From Candidatus Altiarchaeota archaeon (GTDB taxonomy: Archaea > Altiarchaeota > Altiarchaeia > IMC4 > SCGC-AAA252-I15), in the NCBI GenBank assembly GCA_043800255.1, contig JAZDNF010000006.1:1-64000 (forward strand): a DNA stretch of 64,000 bases. Reading direction: 5' to 3'. The first letter of the stretch is position 1. The number at the start of each line of letters is the position of its first letter. The notes under the pieces were generated by a model that saw only the letters and a list, made by a program, of their open reading frames with translations, was not told where the DNA came from and did no database searches. Shown piece by piece: positions 28,534-37,581 of the stretch. A program made the translations under genes and the position numbers.

Positions 28534-29763
28534 ATGGCCAAGGATCAGACTAGAATAGTGTTTGTCTTAACTGTCTTCGTTATGAGCGTCTTATATTCCG
28601 CATCTGCGAAGTCCCTCGTCGAGTGGGATACTGACGCCAGAGAGAGGTACAATAATGCGAAGAACGAGTATCTGCGGGTGAGTAATGCTTACAGGGAGGC
28701 GATGCAGGACTGGATCACGGCGAAGAACGCCTACCAGCAGAACAAGAGCAAGGGGAACACGGAGAACGCCCTTGAAAGTTGGAAGAACCACCTGCTTGCG
28801 GCAGACCAGAGGCTTGTGGCCTACCTCGAGGCTCTGAAAGCTTACGCCGAAGGCGAGCCGACTTTGGATGAAACAGAAAGGCAGGAGATAATCTCTGAAG
28901 TGGAGGGTTACATCAACTGGCTGGAGCAGAAGCAGCCTGAGATCGAGGCTGCGACCACAAGGCAGGAGCTGCAGGACATCACAACGACTGTCAGAGAGGA
29001 ATGGAATAGTATAAAACCTGCAACCAGGAGGATAATCGGGCAGATGATGAACGCGAAAGTCTTATGGGTTATAAACAAGGCGGAGAACGTTTCAGCAAAG
29101 GCTGAGGAAGCGATAGACAAGCTCGACGCGGCTGGGGAGGACACAACCGAGCTGGAGTCGCTGCTTGCAGACTTCAACGCGAAATTGGACCTGGCCAGGG
29201 AGAAGCATGATGCCGCCAGCGCAAAGTACGCTGAAAGCAGAAATGCTGGAGAAGTGGACAGCCTGCTTAGAGAGGCTGACGCTCTGGTTAGGGAGGCTAA
29301 CGGTTACCTGAAGGAAGCGTACACGACGCTGAAGCAGCTGGTGAAGGAGATACGGGAGTCCGCTTCAGGGAAGGTGAGAGTCCGCGGCACGGGGAAACTG
29401 TGGGCTGCTGGAGACGGGGAGGCCACAATCTCAGGAAATGCCACAGTCGAGTTGACCGGGGAGGACGGAGAGCTTGAGCTGCACGACAAAGGAGGGGACA
29501 TGATTGAGACGGTGACCGGCTTCGGAGACAGGAGAGTGACCGGGCAGATAATAAGGTACAGTGGATCCGGCACAGCAACAGTCTCGGGGAGCGACATCGT
29601 CGTCAAACTGGAAGCCTCGAATGTCGACCTGTACGCTGAAGGCACAGGCAAAGCCAAACTGAAGGGAACTGGAACGTATAAGACGTGCGGGACTGGCGCG
29701 TGCGCTGAAGGCGCGTGGACTTCCGCCGGCGTTGACGTGACCATCTCAGCGAACGTAGGATGA
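28534..29763 (+). CDS. Secreted coiled-coil protein with Gly-rich C-terminal beta domain
   Basis: Signal peptide; GAGGTGAGG RBS; TTTAAA TATA; long heptad helices; GTG/GDG beta repeats at the C-terminus. Confidence 0.8.
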   Translation: MAKDQTRIVFVLTVFVMSVLYSASAKSLVEWDTDARERYNNAKNEYLRVSNAYREAMQDWITAKNAYQQNKSKGNTENALESWKNHLLAADQRLVAYLEALKAYAEGEPTLDETERQEIISEVEGYINWLEQKQPEIEAATTRQELQDITTTVREEWNSIKPATRRIIGQMMNAKVLWVINKAENVSAKAEEAIDKLDAAGEDTTELESLLADFNAKLDLAREKHDAASAKYAESRNAGEVDSLLREADALVREANGYLKEAYTTLKQLVKEIRESASGKVRVRGTGKLWAAGDGEATISGNATVELTGEDGELELHDKGGDMIETVTGFGDRRVTGQIIRYSGSGTATVSGSDIVVKLEASNVDLYAEGTGKAKLKGTGTYKTCGTGACAEGAWTSAGVDVTISANVG

Positions 29764-30140
29764 AAAACAGGATACTGATAATTGGGATAATAGCGCTGCT
29801 TGTCTTGTCCAGCCCAGGATGCCTCAGAAAATTGAGAGGCGGACAGAGAGCCACCACAATCGTGCCAACGACCATAGCAGAGACTCAACAGGCTGCCCCA
29901 ACAGACGAGGAAGCCTCCGAAGCAGAGCCGATAGCTGACATAACCTCTGAAGAATCCAAGCTGACGCCTCCGGACGTTGACTTAGACTTAGACCTCGAGC
30001 CAACAACGACTGTTGAAACCACCATCCCAGAGGTAATGTCAGACGAAGACCTGGCAGAACTTGATACCATCATAAACAACATCAACACCATAGAAACAGA
30101 ACTGTACGCAGGCGACCTGGACCTGGACATCAGCCTGTGA
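29760..30140 (+). CDS. Acidic low-complexity lipoprotein
   Basis: Lipobox LSSPGC; ATGA overlap with the upstream gene; D/E/T-rich. Confidence 0.75.
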   Translation: MKNRILIIGIIALLVLSSPGCLRKLRGGQRATTIVPTTIAETQQAAPTDEEASEAEPIADITSEESKLTPPDVDLDLDLEPTTTVETTIPEVMSDEDLAELDTIINNINTIETELYAGDLDLDISL

Positions 30141-30174
30141 GCCCCCATTAGTTCCCTTCTTAGGGGACTAGGGC
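30141..30174 (+). terminator. Hairpin after the lipoprotein operon at the left border of the island
   Basis: GCCC…TAGTTCCCT-TCTT-AGGGGACTA-GGGC stem immediately after the stop. Confidence 0.4.
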
Positions 30175-30251
30175 GAGCCACAGGCCGCACCAAGATAACG
30201 GGGGATTGAGAGCAAGGGAATCAGTAAGAAGTCTGGGATTGTCTCTTGCAG

Positions 30252-30275
30252 TCATTGCTCGTCTTTGTGATATAA
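30252..30275 (-). pseudogene. Remnant 3' end of a relE gene (LYHKDEQ*)
   Basis: Minus strand TTATATCACAAAGACGAGCAATGA encodes the same C-terminal heptapeptide as 31169-31417. Confidence 0.65.
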
Positions 30276-30360
30276 CCTTAAAAAAGAGGATATGATAGTA
30301 TTCCTAGATCTATTTGAGGCATAGTGTTGGTTTTATTTTAGCATTTCGATATTTGATGTA

Positions 30361-30855
30361 ATGTCAAACGCTGGCCCCGTTATTCTGTATTTGGATAATA
30401 CCGAGCTTTACGGCTCCTTGAAGAAAGCGATAAAACACTATCTAACTGGAGGTACTGGAGGTGTACGATCTAAGTTTCTGGATTATCTAAAGAAGTTGCA
30501 GGATTCGGGGGGTGTCGTTGTATTAACTTCTGAGCTCGCTGAATTTGAAGCTATTAGACGACTGCTCACGGATTTCCCAGAATTGACGTTTAACAAGGCT
30601 CTTGAAGCTTGGATGGAGTTGAGGGGAAGGTATGATATTCGTTCAATAGATCTCCGAGACTGTAAGACAATAAATCTTGACCTTAAATTCTTCCAGAAAA
30701 CAGGATTCGACTATAAAGATGGGATGCATTATTCAGTGGCAAAAAAATATGGGGCTTTTATTGTGACTGGAGATGGGAAATTTGGAGAAACGGCAGAGCA
30801 GGTATACAAGGGTAAAGTACTAAGAAGAGGGGACGTATATCAAAAATTCAAGTAA
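30361..30855 (+). CDS. PIN-domain (VapC-like) RNase
   Basis: LYLDNT, AEFE, KDGMHYSVA, IVTGD acidic tetrad pattern. Confidence 0.85.
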   Translation: MSNAGPVILYLDNTELYGSLKKAIKHYLTGGTGGVRSKFLDYLKKLQDSGGVVVLTSELAEFEAIRRLLTDFPELTFNKALEAWMELRGRYDIRSIDLRDCKTINLDLKFFQKTGFDYKDGMHYSVAKKYGAFIVTGDGKFGETAEQVYKGKVLRRGDVYQKFK

Positions 30856-30996
30856 TTATTTAGATTTCTTAATGATTTTAGCTAAATCTTTTGCTATGGT
30901 ATCTAGATTAACCCTGTTAGACACTCCTTTTACCTCAGTTACAGGAATCCGAAAACCATTAACTTTCAGGGTTTTTTTCACCGCATGGATTTGCAT
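30856..30996 (-). CDS. Small 46-aa protein not in the ORF track
   Basis: GGTGAG RBS then MQIHAVKKTLKVNGFRIPVTEVKGVSNRVNLDTIAKDLAKIIKKSK*; stop abuts the PIN stop. Confidence 0.55.
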   Translation of the reverse strand: MQIHAVKKTLKVNGFRIPVTEVKGVSNRVNLDTIAKDLAKIIKKSK

Positions 30997-31168
30997 AATA
31001 GCTCACCCGTATACAATATAATAGAGGATATAGAACTTAAAAAAGGGCCATTTTTGTTTATTCTACTCAAACGTGCATTTACTTCTTAAAACAGCCTTCT
31101 AGGCAGTATACAGTTAGTTTCTGTTTTTCTGGGCAGCGTTTTTCCATGTTTTTCTCTGGCAGGATCAC

Positions 31169-31417
31169 TCATTGCTCGTCTTTGTGGTATAGGTCTAGGA
31201 AGATTATTTTGTCCTCTTTTTTGAGGTGCATGTATGACAGGCGGAATGGCGGGATTTTGACTTCCCTGCTGTCCTTTCGGACGTAGCGCATCGGTTTTCC
31301 GACTTCAGGATTGCTGACTATCTTCTTAATCTGCTTTTTGACTCGTTCTTTCAGGTCTCGGTTTTTGATTCTCTTTATTATGTTCTCAAAATGCGGTTCG
31401 TATGCGACAGTTACCAT
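31169..31417 (-). CDS. RelE/ParE-family toxin (paralog of 167-415)
   Basis: NPEVGKPMRY…REVKIPPFRLSY…KIIFLDLYHKDEQ. Confidence 0.9.
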   Translation of the reverse strand: MVTVAYEPHFENIIKRIKNRDLKERVKKQIKKIVSNPEVGKPMRYVRKDSREVKIPPFRLSYMHLKKEDKIIFLDLYHKDEQ

Positions 31418-31680
31418 GTCTCAAGTTCAGCCAGGAATTTGTCGCCGCTAGTCTCCTTGAACTTGCCCTTCTCGTATCTTTCCAACGCCTCCACAGTCCT
31501 TTTCGCGAACTTCAAGTCTTCCATGAAAGTCCCACCCAACTCCCGGACCGGTTTGAGTATGAACTGGCGGTCTTTTTTGATGATGACGAATTTATCGCCC
31601 ACATTGAACCCCTCCCGCATGTCCTGCGGTATCACAACCTGACCCTTGGAACTTAATTTGGTAACGTCCACATTAATCAT
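31411..31680 (-). CDS. AbrB/MazE-family antitoxin (paralog of 409-675)
   Basis: TKLSSKGQVVIP; EDLKFAKRT; GGTGA RBS. Confidence 0.9.
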   Translation of the reverse strand: MINVDVTKLSSKGQVVIPQDMREGFNVGDKFVIIKKDRQFILKPVRELGGTFMEDLKFAKRTVEALERYEKGKFKETSGDKFLAELETW

Positions 31681-31694
31681 CTAGATCACCATAA

Positions 31695-31708
31695 TAAGAT
31701 TCGTCTTA
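31695..31708. promoter_or_regulatory. Palindromic operator TAAGA-N4-TCTTA
   Basis: Same motif and position as 690-703; TTTATATA TATA upstream on the minus strand. Confidence 0.65.
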
Positions 31709-31849
31709 CCAATATATAAACCAACATTCTGGGCAAAAAACCCACCAATAGTCGCGGAAGCGGGGAGTTGCCCCTTCAGTTTTCCGTTGGAGAAGCAGAG
31801 TTTCCTGCGTCGCCCGCTCTCCCGCACATCCAAGTGTAGTGTAATACAG

Positions 31850-31878
31850 TAAAAACATCACAAACAACGGAAAAATAG
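31850..31878. repeat. 29-bp direct repeat, copy A
   Basis: TAAAAACATCACAAACAACGGAAAAATAG; 25/29 identical to 32885-32913. Confidence 0.7.
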
Positions 31879-31996
31879 GGGGCTGTGCGAGCAATATGGA
31901 CAGGTAAATGCATAGTTGGCCCATATTTTATTGCGGGTAAAGCCGGTAGACCAATATACCTTGGAGTGAACGTCTCCAGTGTCTGCCGGTACTGTG

Positions 31997-32842
31997 TCAC
32001 TGTTTCTGTCCTCTTTTCCTGACTATTCTTTTCAGTTTTTCTGGAATTTGAAGGTAGTTTTCAGATGTTATTACGCTTCTTCCGCTCTCGTACTCTAGTT
32101 TTTTTCTTGCGTCGCCGGCTATGGTGCCCCCTCGTCTGGCCACTGTTTTGTTTTGGATAAATCCTCTTGCATCCCTTTTACGGGCTATCTCCGTCGTTGC
32201 CGCCTCTCCGAGCATGGTGAATATCAGCTCCAGGTCGGTCATATGGTCCCGCAGGTTCTCGCGCTTTAGGCCCTTGTATTTCAGGTATTGACTGGGGGTC
32301 ATGCCGAAGGTGGCGTCCGATATCTCAGCCGTCAATATGGCGAATTCTGTGTCTTGTTTAACTCCCCTCTTGTTCCATTCTCCGGTAAGTTCGTCTCTTA
32401 CGGCGATACCTCTCACTCTTTTCTCAATCCAGTCCTCAGAGTAGCCTTTTGCTTGGTAAATCCCTCGCATCCGTCCCATAGCCAGTTCAGGATTCCCTAT
32501 CTCCTGCACTCTCTCGTAGCCGACTTTCGCAAGCCATCTCTTGAAAGGTTCTGCTTTCTTGGAGGGGATAGATTGTATTATCCTGAACATAGACTCTGTG
32601 TTGGCGCAGTCTGTTAGGTATTTTTTGCCGTCTGGTGCGGACAGTTTCAGTTGTACCCAAATTGGGGACAACTGAAGTTGTGCGAATTCCCTCTCTTTGA
32701 CCTTCCCCCAATACTGGCGGGGTGTCGGGCTGTCAGTCAAAACCTGGACGACGTCCACGACCGAGAAATACCATTCCTTATCATGCCAGACCCTACGAAT
32801 CTGTTTGCCCTGAAAAACGACCAACGAATTATCCTCATCCAT
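31997..32842 (-). CDS. Bro-N domain protein (phage antirepressor-like)
   Basis: FQGKQIRRVW…WYFSVVDVV…PSKKAEPFKRWLA; NLRDHMTDLELIF. Confidence 0.9.
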   Translation of the reverse strand: MDEDNSLVVFQGKQIRRVWHDKEWYFSVVDVVQVLTDSPTPRQYWGKVKEREFAQLQLSPIWVQLKLSAPDGKKYLTDCANTESMFRIIQSIPSKKAEPFKRWLAKVGYERVQEIGNPELAMGRMRGIYQAKGYSEDWIEKRVRGIAVRDELTGEWNKRGVKQDTEFAILTAEISDATFGMTPSQYLKYKGLKRENLRDHMTDLELIFTMLGEAATTEIARKRDARGFIQNKTVARRGGTIAGDARKKLEYESGRSVITSENYLQIPEKLKRIVRKRGQKQ

Positions 32843-32884
32843 ACCAACCACAAACAACAATACATATTAACTCTAGAAAGCCCT

Positions 32885-32913
32885 TAAAAACACCGCGAGC
32901 AACGGAAAAATAG
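32885..32913. repeat. 29-bp direct repeat, copy B
   Basis: TAAAAACACCGCGAGCAACGGAAAAATAG. Confidence 0.7.
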
Positions 32914-32914
32914 A

Positions 32915-33613
32915 TCATGCTCCCACCTCTACGATTTTAGCCCCCGTAATCCTCGAAAGTTGGTTCGCAAGAGTTTTATTCTTCACGTAAATCATTGGTG
33001 GGTACAGTTCTTCTGAGGATACTCCATCTATTGAAGATGGCCTACAAACAAATAGTAATGTGTCAATGTCTGAATTTCTGAATAGAGTCTTTGAAACGAT
33101 ATCCTTGTTTGAGATAAAAGAATAAAACCTTTTTAGTGTGGCTATTATGCAATCATAAAAGATGACACCCCATAATTGGTTATCCGAATCTTTTCCCCTC
33201 CGTTTAGAGTTGATATGTTTGATGCACCTATTTATTTTAGAGAGGGCTTCTTTTTCGTTTTTTGGCAGGTTCAATGGTAACGACGAACTATGAACGTTCC
33301 TCTTAAGAGACGTATTGATTGAAGTAATCTCAACATCTACTCCTTTGTCTTTAATTTCATAATCCGGGACTTTATTAGACTTGTTCTCTTGAATCCGAGT
33401 TAAATCTCCTAATGGACTTAGTACCTTCTTAACATAGCGTTCGAGTTGCGGCGTAACCACATTTGTTCTGATAAAATCTTGATACGAGATAATACCATTG
33501 CTCGACACATTCTTACCATCCATACAGGGCCCATAGTATATTTTCATCAGGCCTTCAATATCCTGTGGAGGGTCATAACTCGCCTTATCCATGATTCTCC
33601 TCAACAATCCCAA
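32915..33613 (-). CDS. Putative PD-(D/E)XK nuclease
   Basis: KVPDYEI…VDVEITSI motif; AT-rich; start may be ATG 33592. Confidence 0.55.
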   Translation of the reverse strand: MGLLRRIMDKASYDPPQDIEGLMKIYYGPCMDGKNVSSNGIISYQDFIRTNVVTPQLERYVKKVLSPLGDLTRIQENKSNKVPDYEIKDKGVDVEITSINTSLKRNVHSSSLPLNLPKNEKEALSKINRCIKHINSKRRGKDSDNQLWGVIFYDCIIATLKRFYSFISNKDIVSKTLFRNSDIDTLLFVCRPSSIDGVSSEELYPPMIYVKNKTLANQLSRITGAKIVEVGA

Positions 33614-33671
33614 TCTCTCCGTCTAACTTCTTTTCGTACCAATCAAGAGGAAATATGTGGAACATAATGTT

Positions 33672-34550
33672 TTATGTACTATCTGTTTGTTTTTGAGAAT
33701 TGATTTCATCGATCAACATTTTTTCGAATGAGAGGTGAAACTCTAATGTTCGGGAAAATGTTTTGTCCATCCAATCTAACGTTTTTACAGAAGTATACTC
33801 ATCACCTTTTCTCAGAAAAGGTTTATTCGGAATCCTATGACACCATGTTTTTTCAGCAGGATTGCCAGTAATTGAAAATATCGTTTCTGAATGAGAATGA
33901 AAAGACATTCGTTTTCTTCCATGAGCCACATAACGTCTAAGCTCATTTAGTTTGGGTGTACTGAGTATCTCGATTATGTCACCATACTCTTTTTGCGTCC
34001 GTGAATATTTTTGTAGTTCTTTTTCATAGTCCGTGACTGGCTTCTGAGGCGTAAAAATCCAGTTATAAGATTCTACCAGAAGGTACTCTTCGAAGGAGGG
34101 AGCTATCTGCGTTGTCCCTTTGTTTTTTAGTTGCTTAAATAGATTACCAAAACCAAATTCAGGGTCGTACTTCCTGCGGAGGGTTATCCTAAATAATTTT
34201 GCTAATGAATCTAAACTGCCGCGTAGGGATAAAATAAAAGCATCAAGTTCAAACTCCAGAAGAACGTGGAACTTGGATTTCTCAGTTATTTTTTCATCTG
34301 AAGAATATGCCATGGAGTAAACTGAATGCATCTTCTGAAAAAGAAAATAGTGAAAACATGCACTTTCAAGAGAATGTGAAAGGCCAGATATTAGTTCCTC
34401 GAATAGGTGTTTATCGTCTGCAAGGATGCTCTTCTCAAGTTCTTTATCTAAATGTTTACTTCTTTCGAAAAAATCACCGAATTTTCCATTAAAAAAAGAT
34501 AAAAACTCTTTCTCAGAAAAATCAAGATTCAATCCATTATCCTGTTCCAT
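33672..34550 (-). CDS. HEPN-domain (Cthe_2314-like) putative RNase
   Basis: ELDAFILSLRGSLDSLA helix and LNELRRYVAH (RxxxxH); start overlaps the R-M stop. Confidence 0.7.
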   Translation of the reverse strand: MEQDNGLNLDFSEKEFLSFFNGKFGDFFERSKHLDKELEKSILADDKHLFEELISGLSHSLESACFHYFLFQKMHSVYSMAYSSDEKITEKSKFHVLLEFELDAFILSLRGSLDSLAKLFRITLRRKYDPEFGFGNLFKQLKNKGTTQIAPSFEEYLLVESYNWIFTPQKPVTDYEKELQKYSRTQKEYGDIIEILSTPKLNELRRYVAHGRKRMSFHSHSETIFSITGNPAEKTWCHRIPNKPFLRKGDEYTSVKTLDWMDKTFSRTLEFHLSFEKMLIDEINSQKQTDST

Positions 34551-37506
34551 CTTCGACAATTTTTATTTCGTCTTCCGTTAGGCCATATAGCTTATACACG
34601 AGCGAGTTTATCTCATTATCTGTGGCCTCAATCTGCCGCTCCAAAACAGACCTCTCCTGAGGAGTTTTAACACCAGCCAAATGATTATGCAAACCCAACA
34701 TACGAGAAACCAAAGAAACAACATCATCATGCTGTTTCTTCTCAAGAGGATTTGAAAAGTCTATTCGTCTTATTGAGATTTTTGATATGCTATTCCAGAA
34801 ATATTCGTATATCCCTCCACTTTTTAATTTTCCTATGCTCTTGAATCTGTATGTTAAAAGTTTTGAATTCAACAAACCTAGTAAGTATAGCAGATCTTCT
34901 GGTTGATTGTTTTCGAATAATACAGTCGTATCTGTTAAGCCTATAAATTCATTAGCATAATCTATTGCAAAACGATTATATTTTGCAAGATATGGGCACA
35001 TTATTTTTTTTCTGTCATAATGTTCTTTATGGAGGGGCCATGTATACTTCCACCATTCACAGTCCCCACGTTTGTATGCTGCTCGTGCTTTTAATTCACT
35101 TGAATTTTCAAGGAGATGTTTTTGAACAGCATTGGGAAGATTATCAAATTTAATAACATCTTCTAAATATAACAAATAGTCTCCTCGATCTTTAATGAAG
35201 AATCGTTGGATATCTGAGTTTGATGCCCGGTTATAATAGTTTCCCTTTTTTACACCCCAACTAATTATCTTATCTGACGTTATTTTTCCAAAAACATTAT
35301 TCCTACCCGTTTGCATACCTTGACCAATAATAAGGATTTGCCCTAATTTCTCTCCCTCGTTATCGATTTTCTCGTTCAATAATGCGTTGTCCTCTGAAAC
35401 GAAAGACCATGGCTCTGAAGTTAAGTTAGATTGTCCTATTCTTATCTTTTGAAAAATAGAAAAATTCTGAATTTGTCTACTTAAATTTGATGTTAGTAGT
35501 TCATCTCCTAACAATTTGTATACATCGATCTTTCCATTTTTCGAGCTTGATTGTAGGTTGATTATACAGGTTGTAATACCTACTCGGGGGAATATAGGGT
35601 AATTCTGAAAATCAATTATCTCAGAAATTCTTGAATTTTCAAGGATATAACCCCTCAATTTATCTGCTTTGTATGCTTCAAGGAATGCTCTTGAAACAAT
35701 AAAGCTGATATAATCTTGAGACAGCTGTAGTGCTTTTCCAATAAAGTAGAAAAGTATATCCGTTTTATCATTGTAGATTTCAGGATAACCCTTTTTTATG
35801 GCTTTCAATCTAGGGTCTTTTTTACCCCACGTATCATCAATGTTCAAATACGGCGGATTCCCTATCACTGCATCAAACTTGAAGGGGAATTCTTTTTTCC
35901 AGTTGAATGTGTTTATCCGGAGCGTTTCTTCTTCGGTGAATATTTTGGTCTGGCCTGTGTAGAAGTCGGGGCCGATGAGGCTGTTCCCGCATTTGATGTT
36001 ATTGTCCAGGTCGGGCAGTACGCGGCCTCCGAGGCGTTTCTGGGGTTCCCTGTGCTCGTCCTCCAAGACTTTCAAAAGTAGATTAAGCTTTGCGACCTCG
36101 ACGGCCTGCTCGTCAATATCAACACCGTATATGTTGTTCAAGAGTATCCGTTTCTTCTCGCCCAATGTCAGATACCATTGTCCGCCTTTGCCCTGATAGA
36201 CGGCATCCTTGTTTTTGCCGGGATCGTGACTTACGTACCAGTCCCTATGATAATCTAAAAGCTTCTGATACGCTCCAATCAAAAACGAACCTGAACCGCA
36301 CGCTGGGTCGAGAACTTTCAGTTTCTCAACCTGCTTGGGAGATTTGCCCTCAATAAGCCTTCCGACAGTATTTTGAACGATATAGTCTACGATGTATTTT
36401 GGCGTGTAATAGACGCCGCCGGCCTTCTTCACCTCTGGCTTTTCCTCGACTTTGGCGCGATGGCCTTCGGTAAGGCGTATTACTTTCCCTAGGAACTGCT
36501 CGTAGACGTTGCCGAGGATGTCAGCCCCGATGACTGAGAACTCATAAGGGCAATTCGGGTAATACAGGTTCTTGATCATGTCCCTGAAGACTTTATCATC
36601 AATCTTCAGGTTCGGGCAGACGTAATCCGGGAAAGACGTCCGTCCCTTTTCCTCTTTGAAATAGAATATCCCAGAATTGTATTTCTCATCAGCTTTTTCG
36701 AAAAGCCTCAGCAAATGGGTGTAAATGTCCTCCTTCTCCGATATCTCCTGAAGCTGTTCGTATGGTTCTATCCCCCGATCCTCGCATATTCTCAAGAATA
36801 TTATCCGGTCTATGGTCTTCTGGACTGCATAATTTATCTCACGAACAGAGTATTTTGGATTCCTCAATGCGATGTTCTTTGCCAGCTCATCCCTCCACCT
36901 CTCAATCTCCTTCAGGAATTCGTCATCCACCTCGGATGTGCCTTTTTTGCCCTTGACAGATTCAGCATACTGGTCGAACAAGCCGTGCTCTATCGAAGTC
37001 TTGGCGAAAATATTTGCTATCTCATCCCAACGGGTCGCATACTCGTCATAGCGTACGTACAATATCCTCCCAACACTGGCAGAGTCGTTTGGCAAGGGTT
37101 TCTTACGGCAATCATATACTGCAAACTCTTCGAAATCGGTTAGAACAGCGAGAGGCAGTTTCGCGCTCCAGGAATATCTCCGAATCTGATATGCCGGGCT
37201 GACATCGCCCTTGATGTTCACAGAAGGCTTTTTAGTCTCGAGGAAAAATTTTCGTGTCCCGCCGATACGGAAAGAATAATCCGGAGCCTTGATGTTCTGA
37301 CCTATTCTAATCGCATCCTCGTGGATCACATCCTTGTAGGCTTCAGCGATTCCCTTAACATTACGAACATCCCAACCCAATTCCTCAAAAAAGGGATTGA
37401 TGAATTCCTCCCTCAATTGAGTTTCATTATAAGCAGCGCTCAAATATGATTTCTTGTTCCACTCAAATCTCTCAACCAACTCAACAATCTTCTCCGGCGC
37501 AGCCAT
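34537..37506 (-). CDS. Type IIG (Eco57I-like) restriction-modification enzyme
   Basis: N-terminal APDY…LETK nuclease, GVYYTPKYIV, VLDPACGSGSFL, VIGNPPY (N6-adenine MTase), TaqI-C-like TRD, LYGLTEDEI C-terminus. Confidence 0.95.
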   Translation of the reverse strand: MAAPEKIVELVERFEWNKKSYLSAAYNETQLREEFINPFFEELGWDVRNVKGIAEAYKDVIHEDAIRIGQNIKAPDYSFRIGGTRKFFLETKKPSVNIKGDVSPAYQIRRYSWSAKLPLAVLTDFEEFAVYDCRKKPLPNDSASVGRILYVRYDEYATRWDEIANIFAKTSIEHGLFDQYAESVKGKKGTSEVDDEFLKEIERWRDELAKNIALRNPKYSVREINYAVQKTIDRIIFLRICEDRGIEPYEQLQEISEKEDIYTHLLRLFEKADEKYNSGIFYFKEEKGRTSFPDYVCPNLKIDDKVFRDMIKNLYYPNCPYEFSVIGADILGNVYEQFLGKVIRLTEGHRAKVEEKPEVKKAGGVYYTPKYIVDYIVQNTVGRLIEGKSPKQVEKLKVLDPACGSGSFLIGAYQKLLDYHRDWYVSHDPGKNKDAVYQGKGGQWYLTLGEKKRILLNNIYGVDIDEQAVEVAKLNLLLKVLEDEHREPQKRLGGRVLPDLDNNIKCGNSLIGPDFYTGQTKIFTEEETLRINTFNWKKEFPFKFDAVIGNPPYLNIDDTWGKKDPRLKAIKKGYPEIYNDKTDILFYFIGKALQLSQDYISFIVSRAFLEAYKADKLRGYILENSRISEIIDFQNYPIFPRVGITTCIINLQSSSKNGKIDVYKLLGDELLTSNLSRQIQNFSIFQKIRIGQSNLTSEPWSFVSEDNALLNEKIDNEGEKLGQILIIGQGMQTGRNNVFGKITSDKIISWGVKKGNYYNRASNSDIQRFFIKDRGDYLLYLEDVIKFDNLPNAVQKHLLENSSELKARAAYKRGDCEWWKYTWPLHKEHYDRKKIMCPYLAKYNRFAIDYANEFIGLTDTTVLFENNQPEDLLYLLGLLNSKLLTYRFKSIGKLKSGGIYEYFWNSISKISIRRIDFSNPLEKKQHDDVVSLVSRMLGLHNHLAGVKTPQERSVLERQIEATDNEINSLVYKLYGLTEDEIKIVEDGTG

Positions 37507-37581
37507 CTCTACAAGTTATTATCGAATAACAAGATTAAATCGTTAATAGTCCTGATTTTCCAATCTACTCCGTTTCCTATT

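Noticed and set aside
30141-30250. tRNA/att site at the island border
   Set aside because: Only a hairpin; no cloverleaf, T-loop or integrase seen
31706-32000. Short ORFs 31706-31924 and 31776-32000
   Set aside because: Overlap repeat and promoter sequence; composition not protein-like
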